Both the position numbers and the translations under genes were made by a program. The notes under the pieces were generated by a model. It saw nothing but the letters and a program-made list of their open reading frames with translations. It did no database searches and was not told the DNA's origin. From a virus: a stretch of DNA of 64,000 nucleotides. The stretch is from IMG/VR virus record IMGVR_UViG_3300042878_001826, positions 1 through 64,000 of that record; one strand, 5' to 3'. Positions within the stretch are counted from its first letter, which is position 1. Each line of letters begins with the position of its first letter. Below are positions 39,461 through 49,417 of this stretch, piece by piece.

Positions 39461-40000
39461 ATGAAAAAGGATAAAGTACAAGAACTAAATACCAAAGAGA
39501 TGAAAATAGATAGTAATACTATTGGACTTGATTTAACTGGTGAGAATGCTGTTGAGTTTGTATTAGAAGACAATCCAAGAGCACACGTTTCTGTTTTAGA
39601 AGAACAGTTGAAAGAAGAAAAGAATAAATATCTTCTTCTTTATGCAGACTTTGAAAACTACAAAAGAAGAGTTCATAAAGAGAAAGAAGAGTTGAAAAAC
39701 AATACCAAAGTTTCTATGATTACTTCTATCTTGGATATGGACAACGATATCGAACTTGCAATCAAAAACATCAAAGATGATTCTGCGAGAGATGGTGTTA
39801 TGCTTATATCGTCAAAAGTTCAGAACTTTTTGAAGACTCATGGTATTGAACCAATACAAACTGAAACTTATGACGAAGATCTTCACGAAGTAATCTCTGT
39901 TTTAGAGATTGGTGAGAATAAGATTGTCGATGTTGTTAGTAAAGGTTATACTTTAAACGAAAAACCTTTCAGATTCCCTAAAATCGTATTAGGAAAGTAA
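39461..40000 (+). CDS. grpE: Nucleotide exchange factor GrpE
   Basis: LYADFENYKRR, D.DLHEVI, KGYTL..RFPKIV. Confidence 0.9.
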   Translation: MKKDKVQELNTKEMKIDSNTIGLDLTGENAVEFVLEDNPRAHVSVLEEQLKEEKNKYLLLYADFENYKRRVHKEKEELKNNTKVSMITSILDMDNDIELAIKNIKDDSARDGVMLISSKVQNFLKTHGIEPIQTETYDEDLHEVISVLEIGENKIVDVVSKGYTLNEKPFRFPKIVLGK

Positions 40001-40525
40001 ATGGTTCCAAGAAGTCAGGATAGGAAAAGCATACTTGATCTGAAGAAGGATCCCGACTTCAGAAGCATGCTTGTCGACACGCTTTGTCAAGGAATAAGAC
40101 TTACTTCTGATTTCAGAGATATAGTAGACTATGTAATCGATAATAAGCTACACCTTTTTGAAACTGATGACTTCTCAGGCTCTTTCTACCCTGAAGATGA
40201 CGATACACTTGATTTAGTATTTCCTGCAATCAGGAGAGTCTGGGGAAAGGTGTTCGTTGATCCTCCAAAAATACTTAAAGACAAGAAGCTGGAATTGTTC
40301 CAGCTTCTTTTCGATATTGATGACTTTGTTGATTATTTGATTGAAATAATGCCTAAGGTCAAAACTTCTTTGATAGAATTTGATAAGTTAGATAGAACCG
40401 CAGAAACTTTGGTTCTAATCGTCGATAACTATATTGCAGGAATCTTAGAGTCAACTCGTAATAGAGACGATATACAAATGGAAATAAGGGATTTAAGAAT
40501 AAGTAAAACTTTGAAGAAATGGTAA
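40001..40525 (+). CDS. Hypothetical protein with C-terminal tag
   Basis: LVFPAIRRVW motif; ends RDLRISKTLKKW. Confidence 0.65.
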   Translation: MVPRSQDRKSILDLKKDPDFRSMLVDTLCQGIRLTSDFRDIVDYVIDNKLHLFETDDFSGSFYPEDDDTLDLVFPAIRRVWGKVFVDPPKILKDKKLELFQLLFDIDDFVDYLIEIMPKVKTSLIEFDKLDRTAETLVLIVDNYIAGILESTRNRDDIQMEIRDLRISKTLKKW

Positions 40526-40863
40526 GTTGGTATATAAAATGTAAAGGGTTTAAGAGTCAACAATATTTGAAGAAAGTAGAAGAGACTGTCGAACCATTTA
40601 TGGAATACTTTATAGGTAGAATCTCAGATATTGAAGAATATGACATCGACAAGATAGAAGAACTTTACAAAGAGATATTCGACGAACTACCAGTTATGAG
40701 ACTTCGTACAAATAAGGACTATAACTATTCTCCACAATCAAAGGAAATAGAAATATGGTTAGAATACAACAAAGAAACTGATATCATCTTTGTCGACCCT
40801 AAGAAGTCGATAAGAAGAGAGATACAACTAAACAACTTATTTAAGAATGATGAAAAAATATGA
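40519..40863 (+). CDS. Hypothetical protein with C-terminal tag
   Basis: RREIQLNNLFK near end. Confidence 0.65.
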   Translation: MVSWYIKCKGFKSQQYLKKVEETVEPFMEYFIGRISDIEEYDIDKIEELYKEIFDELPVMRLRTNKDYNYSPQSKEIEIWLEYNKETDIIFVDPKKSIRREIQLNNLFKNDEKI

Positions 40864-41137
40864 TGACTTCAAAAAGGATAAAGAAGCTCTTTATCTTACG
40901 AAAGAAGAGATGACTACGGTCAAATGGACCAAATACGTTATCGTGGTACCCACAGAGGAAGACCGTAATGAACTTATGGAAGCATTTGAACACATTCACT
41001 ACTCTGACATAGATACAGACAACATAGCGGTCAACCAGCTTGCTCACGAGTATCTGGATGATGATAGAGAACCAGGAACCTACAACAATATAGTGGTAGA
41101 TCCGGCGGCCTATGAAAAACTAAGAGTAAAGAGATGA
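40847..41137 (+). CDS. Hypothetical protein
   Basis: Overlapping operon ORF. Confidence 0.6.
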   Translation: MMKKYDDFKKDKEALYLTKEEMTTVKWTKYVIVVPTEEDRNELMEAFEHIHYSDIDTDNIAVNQLAHEYLDDDREPGTYNNIVVDPAAYEKLRVKR

Positions 41138-41373
41138 TTAGTAGAACTTATACTATAGATGTTGGTAAAATGAAACCATCTAAAAAGAAATGGTGGCAAA
41201 TCTGGAGAAAGAATGGAGATTCTGCTGAAGAAATCTTGAAAGATTTAGTTTCAATCTATTCCGAAAATATCAATTTCAAATCTTTTGAGAGAAAGAACTC
41301 TATACACAGAATATATAATATTGAACCAATACCATTAGATTTTAAAAAAGATTATTGGTTCCCTAACAGATAA
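41134..41373 (+). CDS. Mini-protein resembling a portal (gp20) fragment
   Basis: [18 protein letters not shown]..and KDYWFP mirror gp20 YIDVGNM..KAE..EDYWL; internal RKNSIHRIY tag variant. Confidence 0.6.
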   Translation: MISRTYTIDVGKMKPSKKKWWQIWRKNGDSAEEILKDLVSIYSENINFKSFERKNSIHRIYNIEPIPLDFKKDYWFPNR

Positions 41374-41389
41374 AAAAACAATACAATAT

Positions 41390-42460
41390 ATGAGCAAAGA
41401 CTACTACAGCGTTTTAGGAGTAGATAGAAACGCAACAGAAGAACAGATCAAAAAAGCTTATCGAAAGAAAGCGATGGAGTTCCATCCTGATAAAAATCCA
41501 GGAAACCCAGCGGCTGAAACAAAATTCAAAGAAGCTGCAGAAGCTTATGATGTACTTTCAGATGCTGGTAAAAAGTCTAACTACGACAACTTTGGTTCTG
41601 CAACAGGAAATCCTTTTGGTGGAGGTGGTGGAAACCCATTCGGTGGTGGAGGTCATGGATTCAATATGGATGACATCTTTTCACAATTTGGTGACATATT
41701 TGGAAACAGAGGTGGTGGAAAACAACAAAGAAGAAAAGCAAGAGGTTCTGATTTAAGAATCAAAGTTGTTTTGAATATTGATGAGATATTGAAAGGATGT
41801 ACTAAGAAACTTAGGTATAAAAGACATACTAAATGTGATCCTTGTGCTGGAAAAGGTGGTACTGACGTAAGAGAATGTTTGGCTTGTAAAGGAAGTGGAC
41901 ATAGAACGGTTGTTCAGAATACACCATTTGGACAAATGAGAACAGAAACAACTTGTCCTGATTGTAGAGGTACAGGAAGTATAATAAGAAATCAATGTAA
42001 TCATTGTCATGGAGAAGGAACTCAACTTAAAGAACAGGTTATTGATGTTGAAGTACCTGTAGGAGTATCAAACGGAATGCAACTTAATATGCAAGGGTAT
42101 GGTAATGATGTAAGAGATGGTGTTGCTGGCGACCTACATATATTAGTGGAAGAAGCACAAGACTTTTCATATAAGAGAGAAGGAAACAATTTGATAGTAG
42201 AAAAGACTATATCTGTTATAGATGCAATCTGTGGTGCACACGTCAAAGTATCTACTCCGCACGGAGAGCAATCTCTGTATATCGAACCAGGAACTGAACA
42301 TGGTAGAACTGCTAGAATAGGTGGTAAAGGTATTCCAGATATACATTATGGATTGGGAGATTTGTTTATAAAAATATCAATAAAGATTCCTAGAAACATA
42401 GATATGGACGAGCAACACATACTCGAAAAACTAAAAGATTCCAAAAACTTTCAAGTATAA
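41390..42460 (+). CDS. dnaJ: Chaperone DnaJ (class A)
   Basis: J domain HPD, G/F region, four CxxCxGxG repeats. Confidence 0.97.
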   Translation: MSKDYYSVLGVDRNATEEQIKKAYRKKAMEFHPDKNPGNPAAETKFKEAAEAYDVLSDAGKKSNYDNFGSATGNPFGGGGGNPFGGGGHGFNMDDIFSQFGDIFGNRGGGKQQRRKARGSDLRIKVVLNIDEILKGCTKKLRYKRHTKCDPCAGKGGTDVRECLACKGSGHRTVVQNTPFGQMRTETTCPDCRGTGSIIRNQCNHCHGEGTQLKEQVIDVEVPVGVSNGMQLNMQGYGNDVRDGVAGDLHILVEEAQDFSYKREGNNLIVEKTISVIDAICGAHVKVSTPHGEQSLYIEPGTEHGRTARIGGKGIPDIHYGLGDLFIKISIKIPRNIDMDEQHILEKLKDSKNFQV

Positions 42461-42493
42461 GAAAAGCCACTCATTTGAGTGGCTTTCTTTTTT
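42459..42493. terminator. Bidirectional intrinsic terminator
   Basis: aaagccactc-attt-gagtggcttt between convergent genes. Confidence 0.85.
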
Positions 42494-42668
42494 AGTAAGC
42501 TAATGCTTTATGTTTAGGATTTCTGTTATAATCCTTTGCAGATTTATGCACTTTATGTTTGGCAACCCAACCAGTAGAGTTTTCAAGTTCCATCTCTCTA
42601 GATGCTTTCTTGTACACAGTTAAGATTTGATCTTGTGTGATTTTTCCGATTTTGATTACTCCTTTCAT
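42492..42668 (-). CDS. 58-aa basic protein, ArfA-like ribosome rescue candidate (not in ORF track)
   Basis: Manual translation ..KKASREMELENSTGWVAKHKVHKSAKDYNRNPKHKALAY; own TATCTTTG at 42698-42705 and terminator. Confidence 0.6.
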   Translation of the reverse strand: MKGVIKIGKITQDQILTVYKKASREMELENSTGWVAKHKVHKSAKDYNRNPKHKALAY

Positions 42669-42745
42669 AGTTTCTCTGTTGTTTGTTGTTTGTCTTACAA
42701 AGATACGGACAATATTCTAATATCCAAAAATATTTTATACATTTT

Positions 42746-45700
42746 CTATTCATACAAGCTACTTGTACGATAAATATTTCGATGAAAGACAAGACATCCT
42801 GTTGGATACGTCGCATATGTTGTCGGGCTCGTCGAGTATGTAGTTCCTACAGTTAGTAGAGTTGTACTATAGAGAGTATTATTAAAACCGTTGATGAAAT
42901 TTGAACAACGAATAGCACCACTATTTGAGCTGTAGTATGTTCCGGTTGCTGTAGTCAAGAATGCCCTTAGATAAACAAAGTGAATTGGGTATGGTGCACC
43001 GACAACACCATCCCAAGGAGTTCCTGGTAAAATACCCATAATATTTGGCGTTGTCGTCTTACCTGAGATGGCATATGCAACCGAATCGGATAAGGTAGGT
43101 GTAGTCGATGTAGTCGACCAACAAACTCCAGAGCTCAATACGGTTTCTCCACCATATATCGAATTAGAAAACGTCATAGAAACATATCCCTGTGGTGCAA
43201 CATAAGCAGAATTTACTGCCTGTTCTGCCATTTGATATACCAACGGTAAAGCGTCAATAGATATCGAAGTACGTCTCCAGTCTCTATTATAATCGAAGTC
43301 CCACGGACTATATGTTGCCGGCTCCCATTCTCGTTCCCACCAACCACGTCTCCACCAAGGAGTATATTCTTCATCCCATGTCGTATCCCAGACCCCTACA
43401 TCTACTGCGTTAGTTGCCAACCTGAAGGCCCTTACTTTTTTGATGCCTGACTTACCATCCGACTTTTGATATCCTACAGATGGAACTGATGCCTCTGAGC
43501 ACGAGTAATAGTATGCAGTGGCTGCGTTTATTTCTGTTGATGTCCAATATGAACCTGCCAATGAATCAGATCCGAGTACAGTATTTACTATACTCCCAGC
43601 GTTGAATGCTTGATTCATTTCAAATACAGATGGTAAATACCAATCTGTGAATCCACCACCAGTATAGTTGTCACATAACTTAGCTGCAGAAGTTGTGTGT
43701 CCACTTTGTCCGATTATACTTGTCTGATTATTTTCTCCTTTGAAGTCCGAAGTTGCATTAGAAACCACTGACGTTATGTTTGACCATTGAGAATTTGCAC
43801 TTACATCTTCTAAAGACATTATAAGATAGTTGAATATAGTTTTAGGATAATACCACATTGCGACTATTATTCCACCACCATATAGCTCCCCGATATATCT
43901 ATAGTTGTTAGGTCTTGAAAAAATTGAGTTTTTGTCTACCCATTTTGAATATCCAACGGAGTTTAGTTTTAATATCTTTTCGTTACTAATCTCACCTATT
44001 TCAAGTGATAAGTTTTGTGATATTGAGAATGTGGGATTTCCATTTATCTCATGAGAGAAGAATTTGTTTGCATCATTAAAGTTGTCAAATCTGAATTTAT
44101 CAGTATCGTAATTATTTCTTACTTCACCATAACTAATAGATTTGTTATATATCTGAATACTTGCCAATGATCCTTTTAGAGGATTTACTGCAGTTGAATA
44201 TCTACCGACAATAACATCACCGGCAATACCTGTTGCCATTGTGAATGTGGATGGAGCAGAAGAGTTTATATCAAGTACGGAATCTATATATGTCTTTAGA
44301 TTTTTAGTTGTATTGTCAAAAGTAGCACAGACATGAGTCCATTTGTTCAAATCTATACCTTTTGTACCAACCTTATCAACAATAACAGTTAAGTTTTTTA
44401 GTCTTACTCCTATTGTACTCAAAGTAGTTCCTAAAACTTGATAAACTTCCCATGGACCACTGGTTGCACCGGTTGTATTCCATCTTACTATTATCGTGGA
44501 ATTTCTTCTTTCTGTTAATTTTACCCAAAAAGAAACCGAAAGGTTCTGAATAGCTTGAAAGTCGACAGAGTTTGCCCATGCTAAATATGGATTTGTAGCA
44601 ATAGTTCCTGGAAAGATTAGTTCTTTTCCATTGTATAAAGTGTTTGTTCTTTGAACTGCAGGTATTGTTGTAGTACCTGAGATAGTAAGAGTTGCGCTTC
44701 TCACATTACCACTTAGGTCGGTAACCGTTCCACTTATTGTTCCATCACCAGAATAAGAGTTCGTATTGTCGAAGTCTATACTTGTAAAGATATTGTTGTC
44801 TAATAACTTAGGTAGAATCTCATATCTTTTCTTCTCTACGCTGTAGTTCTTCATTATTTCGTCTTTTGTAAGTGCTCTATTATAAATTCTAAACACAGAC
44901 ATATCCATTGGCATTATATAATTAAGGGCTGCTCTGAAACCACCAATTCTTCCTTGACCAGAATTGAAGTTTGCAGTGGTGGCACTTGGTGTTGATGTAG
45001 GAAACTGTTGAGAAAGTATCTGCTCGTTTCCATTTATATAAATCTTATTGTTTGATAAAATATTTGGAGCAGTTCCAAGGGCTGCCCCTGTCTTCATCTC
45101 AAAAACATAATGATTCCAGTTATCAACCAGATTAAGTTTAGCTACTTGAGTAGTCGATATTCCATATAAATCTGAACTATTTGTATTGAATCCTAAATGT
45201 CCGCTCGCGCAATATACATCATATTGATCCCAACCAAATATCATTTTTCCACTATATGCAGGTTTTAGTCTTACCCAAGCTTCTACAGTTACGGTAGTCG
45301 TGTTTCCAACGGTTGTCTGAAAATCTACATAGGAATTCCCATTAAATCTAATGAATCCGCTCTCACTTGGTAAGTATACCGGCCCTGTAGGTGGAGTTCC
45401 ACCAACATTTGTTCTTACATAGATGTTATCTACGCTAGGTCCGGATTTGGTTACCGAATCGACATAACTTGCATTTGGTGCTGTTATCTTTATGGATATG
45501 TTCTTTCCACTGAATTGACTCAATTGTATGTGCACTGATGCACCAGTACCACTATTGTTGTTTCCAACGGTATTTGTTATTTGGGTTAGTAGAAAGTATG
45601 CTCCAGGTGTTCCTCCCGAATTGATAGAGACATATACGTTTACAGTAGCACTTACAGTGCTTTTGACGGTACTTTGGTCGAGAGTATCGAATTGTAGGTA

Positions 45701-47824
45701 AGCATATGATGACCCTACTGCGAAATAGTTTGAAACCAAAGATGATTCTCCGGTATTGTTGTATAAAGTTGGAGTAGTCGTTCCGGTTATTTTTGTAAAA
45801 CCCCAAGCACCGACTAACCTATAAGCCAAGCTATCTAAGTTACCTCCAGTGTTTAGATCTGCAAGTATATTTGTAATAGTTCCTCCTGATACCGAATTAG
45901 GGAAAGCGGATAGATTGAACAAATATGATGAATTCAATCCACCATTAACCAAATCTTTCCATTTGGTATATACTCCTAGGTTTAGATAGTCTACATCAGA
46001 GAAAGACTTTTTGATTGTAGAATCTAGATTCATTATCAATCCGTCACCTGTATAGACAGACTCTTTTCTTACTGCTCTTACTCTTCCAAAGCTTGATTTG
46101 TTTTTAAAATAGTAATCAGCACCATTAGGAGTACCGGCAAAAGAATTAAAAGACATTGCAGCATTTGTGGAATTTGCTCCTCCAGATCCTGGTGGTCGAA
46201 AATATTCCGTTGATGTCCAATAATCTTTGATTAGGAAATTAAGACTATCATCCTTTAAAACTTTATTTATTATAGCTGCATTATTGAAGACTTGGTTTAG
46301 TTCGTAGTATGATGGTAGATACCAGTCATCATAACCAGAACCTCTATAATCAGCACAAACTTTTGCAGCACTATAGATTGTATTTAACGAGTTAGATTGT
46401 GCGATTATCACATCACTATTCAAATCTCCGTTATAAAGACTTTGTGCCAAAGCACCTACGGTTGTACCCTGTGCTGCACCTGCAGCCCATCTGATATCTT
46501 GTATATAGGTCAGAGGTTCATAGTTCAATCCTGTTCCTGTAGAGTCGAACGAAATATTTACCACCTCTTGTGCAGCAGGTACGTTCTGACCAACACCTGA
46601 TGTTATTGGAGTCGTTTCAGAACCGACATAGTCTACATATATTCTGAATACACCCATCGTTCCTTGTCCCTGATTGTATAGTATTCGGTAGTTTGCTGCA
46701 AGGTATTGAGCATTGGAAGACATCGCAGGATAATAAAAATCTACAGCAACCACACGAAAGACATTGACGACAGAAGTCGTAGTAGACTTTATTCTAAGCA
46801 ATCCTTTTTGTACAACATTTGAATAGGTATACCCACCAGGAATGGTAGTAAATGAACCAGCACCTGCCGCTTCATTTGGAACTAATCCAGATCCACCACC
46901 AGTTCCGTTTAAAGATAGGAAAAAGCCAGCCTGATCTACCAGATTTATATCTAAGTTGTGTATACATATAATAGCAACATTTTGAAGATTTCCACCACCA
47001 TATGGACCAGATCCATTTAAATCGTGATAGGTTAAGAATTTATTCGTTGAGGTGGATGTTCCAGGATTATCTAAAGTAGCATTAGTACCCATTTTGTATG
47101 GAATGGTTGTGATAGTTCCAATCGAGCCCGCACCATCTTCTGTAGTGATGTCCTCGTTCGATACGATAAGAACTTTTTCATCTTCTGCTTCTTTCCAAAC
47201 TGCCGCGACTATTCCTCCTCCATATTTCTCTCCTATGTAGTGACCAAATGAGAAAAGAGACTTTACTGGTTTCCAAGTAGCCAACCCTGAAGAATCGGAT
47301 GTCAATACTCTTTCAACACCCTCACTTGCATCTCTTATTTGTAAAGGATCGTAGAATCCTACCGTAGTATCTGATATATAGTATCCATGTGCATCGGATG
47401 CACCGTATGTAGATATAGAAAATTGTGCACCATACTTATTTACATTAGCGGCAAATATGTCGTAGTATCCAGAACAATATGCCCTAACATAGTAAGTAGT
47501 GTTTGGTAACAGAGTATCTATCTTCACACTATAGTCCCAATTTATTGAAGAAGCAGCGGCGCTATAAATTTCGGGTTTCATCAAAGAATCAATAACCTGT
47601 CCGGATATTGGTACTAAAGTATCAGTAGTGGTTGTATTTGAAATGGATTGTGCAGTTGTTATTGATATTGGTTGTGTACTATAAATAAAACCTAATCTTA
47701 TATTAGTAATTCCTGGTCCAAAAGAACTCGGAATAAAAAATCCTGTTCCTTTTGCGATTATCGAGCTATCTAATCTATTGGTTAATTCTATAGTTACTGA
47801 ACCTAATTGTGCTGATGTTGCCAT
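42746..47824 (-). CDS. Large fibre/adhesin-like virion protein with two DUF1566 (Lcl) and two LamG-like domains
   Basis: YIGE.YGGGIV, DWYLPS..E.N, YWTSTE, VRA.R twice; WNH/WTH..IYNRAL LamG patterns; T/S/G-rich. Confidence 0.75.
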   Translation of the reverse strand: MATSAQLGSVTIELTNRLDSSIIAKGTGFFIPSSFGPGITNIRLGFIYSTQPISITTAQSISNTTTTDTLVPISGQVIDSLMKPEIYSAAASSINWDYSVKIDTLLPNTTYYVRAYCSGYYDIFAANVNKYGAQFSISTYGASDAHGYYISDTTVGFYDPLQIRDASEGVERVLTSDSSGLATWKPVKSLFSFGHYIGEKYGGGIVAAVWKEAEDEKVLIVSNEDITTEDGAGSIGTITTIPYKMGTNATLDNPGTSTSTNKFLTYHDLNGSGPYGGGNLQNVAIICIHNLDINLVDQAGFFLSLNGTGGGSGLVPNEAAGAGSFTTIPGGYTYSNVVQKGLLRIKSTTTSVVNVFRVVAVDFYYPAMSSNAQYLAANYRILYNQGQGTMGVFRIYVDYVGSETTPITSGVGQNVPAAQEVVNISFDSTGTGLNYEPLTYIQDIRWAAGAAQGTTVGALAQSLYNGDLNSDVIIAQSNSLNTIYSAAKVCADYRGSGYDDWYLPSYYELNQVFNNAAIINKVLKDDSLNFLIKDYWTSTEYFRPPGSGGANSTNAAMSFNSFAGTPNGADYYFKNKSSFGRVRAVRKESVYTGDGLIMNLDSTIKKSFSDVDYLNLGVYTKWKDLVNGGLNSSYLFNLSAFPNSVSGGTITNILADLNTGGNLDSLAYRLVGAWGFTKITGTTTPTLYNNTGESSLVSNYFAVGSSYAYLQFDTLDQSTVKSTVSATVNVYVSINSGGTPGAYFLLTQITNTVGNNNSGTGASVHIQLSQFSGKNISIKITAPNASYVDSVTKSGPSVDNIYVRTNVGGTPPTGPVYLPSESGFIRFNGNSYVDFQTTVGNTTTVTVEAWVRLKPAYSGKMIFGWDQYDVYCASGHLGFNTNSSDLYGISTTQVAKLNLVDNWNHYVFEMKTGAALGTAPNILSNNKIYINGNEQILSQQFPTSTPSATTANFNSGQGRIGGFRAALNYIMPMDMSVFRIYNRALTKDEIMKNYSVEKKRYEILPKLLDNNIFTSIDFDNTNSYSGDGTISGTVTDLSGNVRSATLTISGTTTIPAVQRTNTLYNGKELIFPGTIATNPYLAWANSVDFQAIQNLSVSFWVKLTERRNSTIIVRWNTTGATSGPWEVYQVLGTTLSTIGVRLKNLTVIVDKVGTKGIDLNKWTHVCATFDNTTKNLKTYIDSVLDINSSAPSTFTMATGIAGDVIVGRYSTAVNPLKGSLASIQIYNKSISYGEVRNNYDTDKFRFDNFNDANKFFSHEINGNPTFSISQNLSLEIGEISNEKILKLNSVGYSKWVDKNSIFSRPNNYRYIGELYGGGIIVAMWYYPKTIFNYLIMSLEDVSANSQWSNITSVVSNATSDFKGENNQTSIIGQSGHTTSAAKLCDNYTGGGFTDWYLPSVFEMNQAFNAGSIVNTVLGSDSLAGSYWTSTEINAATAYYYSCSEASVPSVGYQKSDGKSGIKKVRAFRLATNAVDVGVWDTTWDEEYTPWWRRGWWEREWEPATYSPWDFDYNRDWRRTSISIDALPLVYQMAEQAVNSAYVAPQGYVSMTFSNSIYGGETVLSSGVCWSTTSTTPTLSDSVAYAISGKTTTPNIMGILPGTPWDGVVGAPYPIHFVYLRAFLTTATGTYYSSNSGAIRCSNFINGFNNTLYSTTLLTVGTTYSTSPTTYATYPTGCLVFHRNIYRTSSLYE

Positions 47825-47831
47825 AATTTAT

Positions 47832-49349
47832 TTAAGATTTATTTAGTATTTGACTTACGTTTGCCACAAATTCCTGTGAATAAAACGGTGCTCCTGATCC
47901 ATAATTGCTCGAAAGAAAGTTGAAATCAAGAACAACAACGATTGCACCTTTTGGTGCCAAAGACAAAGATCCGGTTTTCCAAACGACTGCGTGCCCTGTT
48001 AATGAATCTATTGGATTTTTTGTAATAGGAGTTCCTGTTCCTATCGAAGAAAATCTACCGATGGCTGCAAAAGTAACGGTATTTCTGTTGTTTGCGATAA
48101 GAAATTCACTTTCTATATTCAATGAATTGTTAATACTTTGATTGGAGGACTGTATGTTTCCACCACCGAGATTTGTTATGAAACTTGCCAAATCATTATT
48201 TCGTGGTGTATAGTTTTGTGCATTCTCACCTAATATGAAAAGACCACCACCCTGTTGAAGATATGTTGTGTATTTTGTGGCAGCCCCAGTAGGAACCAGT
48301 AATGTTTGCACAGCGGCACCACCCTCTTGGACGTTTATATCCCATATATGGTCGTATTGTGAAAGATTTGCAGGAATACTAGAATAACTAGTTATAACCG
48401 TAACTGTGTTACCAAGCGAAACCTCTGTTGCGGTTATATTAGCAACCATTGAAGTGGCAAAATATGGCGCTGGTTGATCATAAACTATCAATACCTTGCC
48501 GGTTTTGTTTCTATCCTGAACCCAAGTTATTCCGTTCCATCTCTTAACATCTTGTCGAAATGGTCTTGTAAACTTATAGGAGTTTTTAGAAGCTGTGGCG
48601 AACCTAACTCCACCAACAACACCCATATTTAGAAAGTGTGCACTTCCTGCATTATATTCCGTCGAAGTCCAATAGCCTGTTGTTAAAATTCCGGCAGATT
48701 CATTTGCATTTACGAATAGGTCCATATTCGAAAATGCTCCAGTTGAAATATTTTCAATAAGCGATAGTCCTTTATCAGTCGCATATTGAGAAATAACCCT
48801 ATCGACTATGGCCGCATTGTTTGCCAAACAGTTGAGCTCAAAGGTTGAAGGTAAATACCAATCACCATAAACACCCAGACCATAAAGATCCGCATTGATA
48901 TAGTTTGCACACTTTGAAGCAGCCTTGTCTGCAGGATTAGTTGTACCAAGAGGTAAACCTTGATTTATTATAGCTACACTATTGCTGGCACCAAAAGTAT
49001 TTGATCTTGCAGTAGCTCCAATCGCCAGATTTGCTATGTTAGACCATTGAAAATAAAAATACTCACCTTCACTATAAGGTTCACTATAGTTCTTTACAGA
49101 AGCGATTAGACATATTTCGTAAAGTGTCTCTCTCTGCTCTCTCCAAACCGCGACTACTATCCCACCACCATACAACTCTCCGATGAAATGATCCAATGGT
49201 TCTTCGTTACTACTATACTGATTAGGATTCTGCCAACTGGTATTACCATAGATGTCAGAAACGAGTATGTGTCCAGGATTGAAAGTCTTGTCGTCTATAA
49301 CCAAGTTTTGATTTATCCTAAAACTGGTTCTATTAAGTGAATGTCCCAT
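47832..49349 (-). CDS. Fibre-associated protein with DUF1566 (Lcl) domain
   Basis: FIGELYGGGIV, DWYLPSTFELN, YWTSTE, TRPFR; GAATATATA 4 nt upstream. Confidence 0.7.
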   Translation of the reverse strand: MGHSLNRTSFRINQNLVIDDKTFNPGHILVSDIYGNTSWQNPNQYSSNEEPLDHFIGELYGGGIVVAVWREQRETLYEICLIASVKNYSEPYSEGEYFYFQWSNIANLAIGATARSNTFGASNSVAIINQGLPLGTTNPADKAASKCANYINADLYGLGVYGDWYLPSTFELNCLANNAAIVDRVISQYATDKGLSLIENISTGAFSNMDLFVNANESAGILTTGYWTSTEYNAGSAHFLNMGVVGGVRFATASKNSYKFTRPFRQDVKRWNGITWVQDRNKTGKVLIVYDQPAPYFATSMVANITATEVSLGNTVTVITSYSSIPANLSQYDHIWDINVQEGGAAVQTLLVPTGAATKYTTYLQQGGGLFILGENAQNYTPRNNDLASFITNLGGGNIQSSNQSINNSLNIESEFLIANNRNTVTFAAIGRFSSIGTGTPITKNPIDSLTGHAVVWKTGSLSLAPKGAIVVVLDFNFLSSNYGSGAPFYSQEFVANVSQILNKS

Positions 49350-49417
49350 AGTCTATATATTCAAAAACTAAATCCCGAATTGGTTTTTTAATATATAAAA
49401 GAAACTAATATTTCAAT

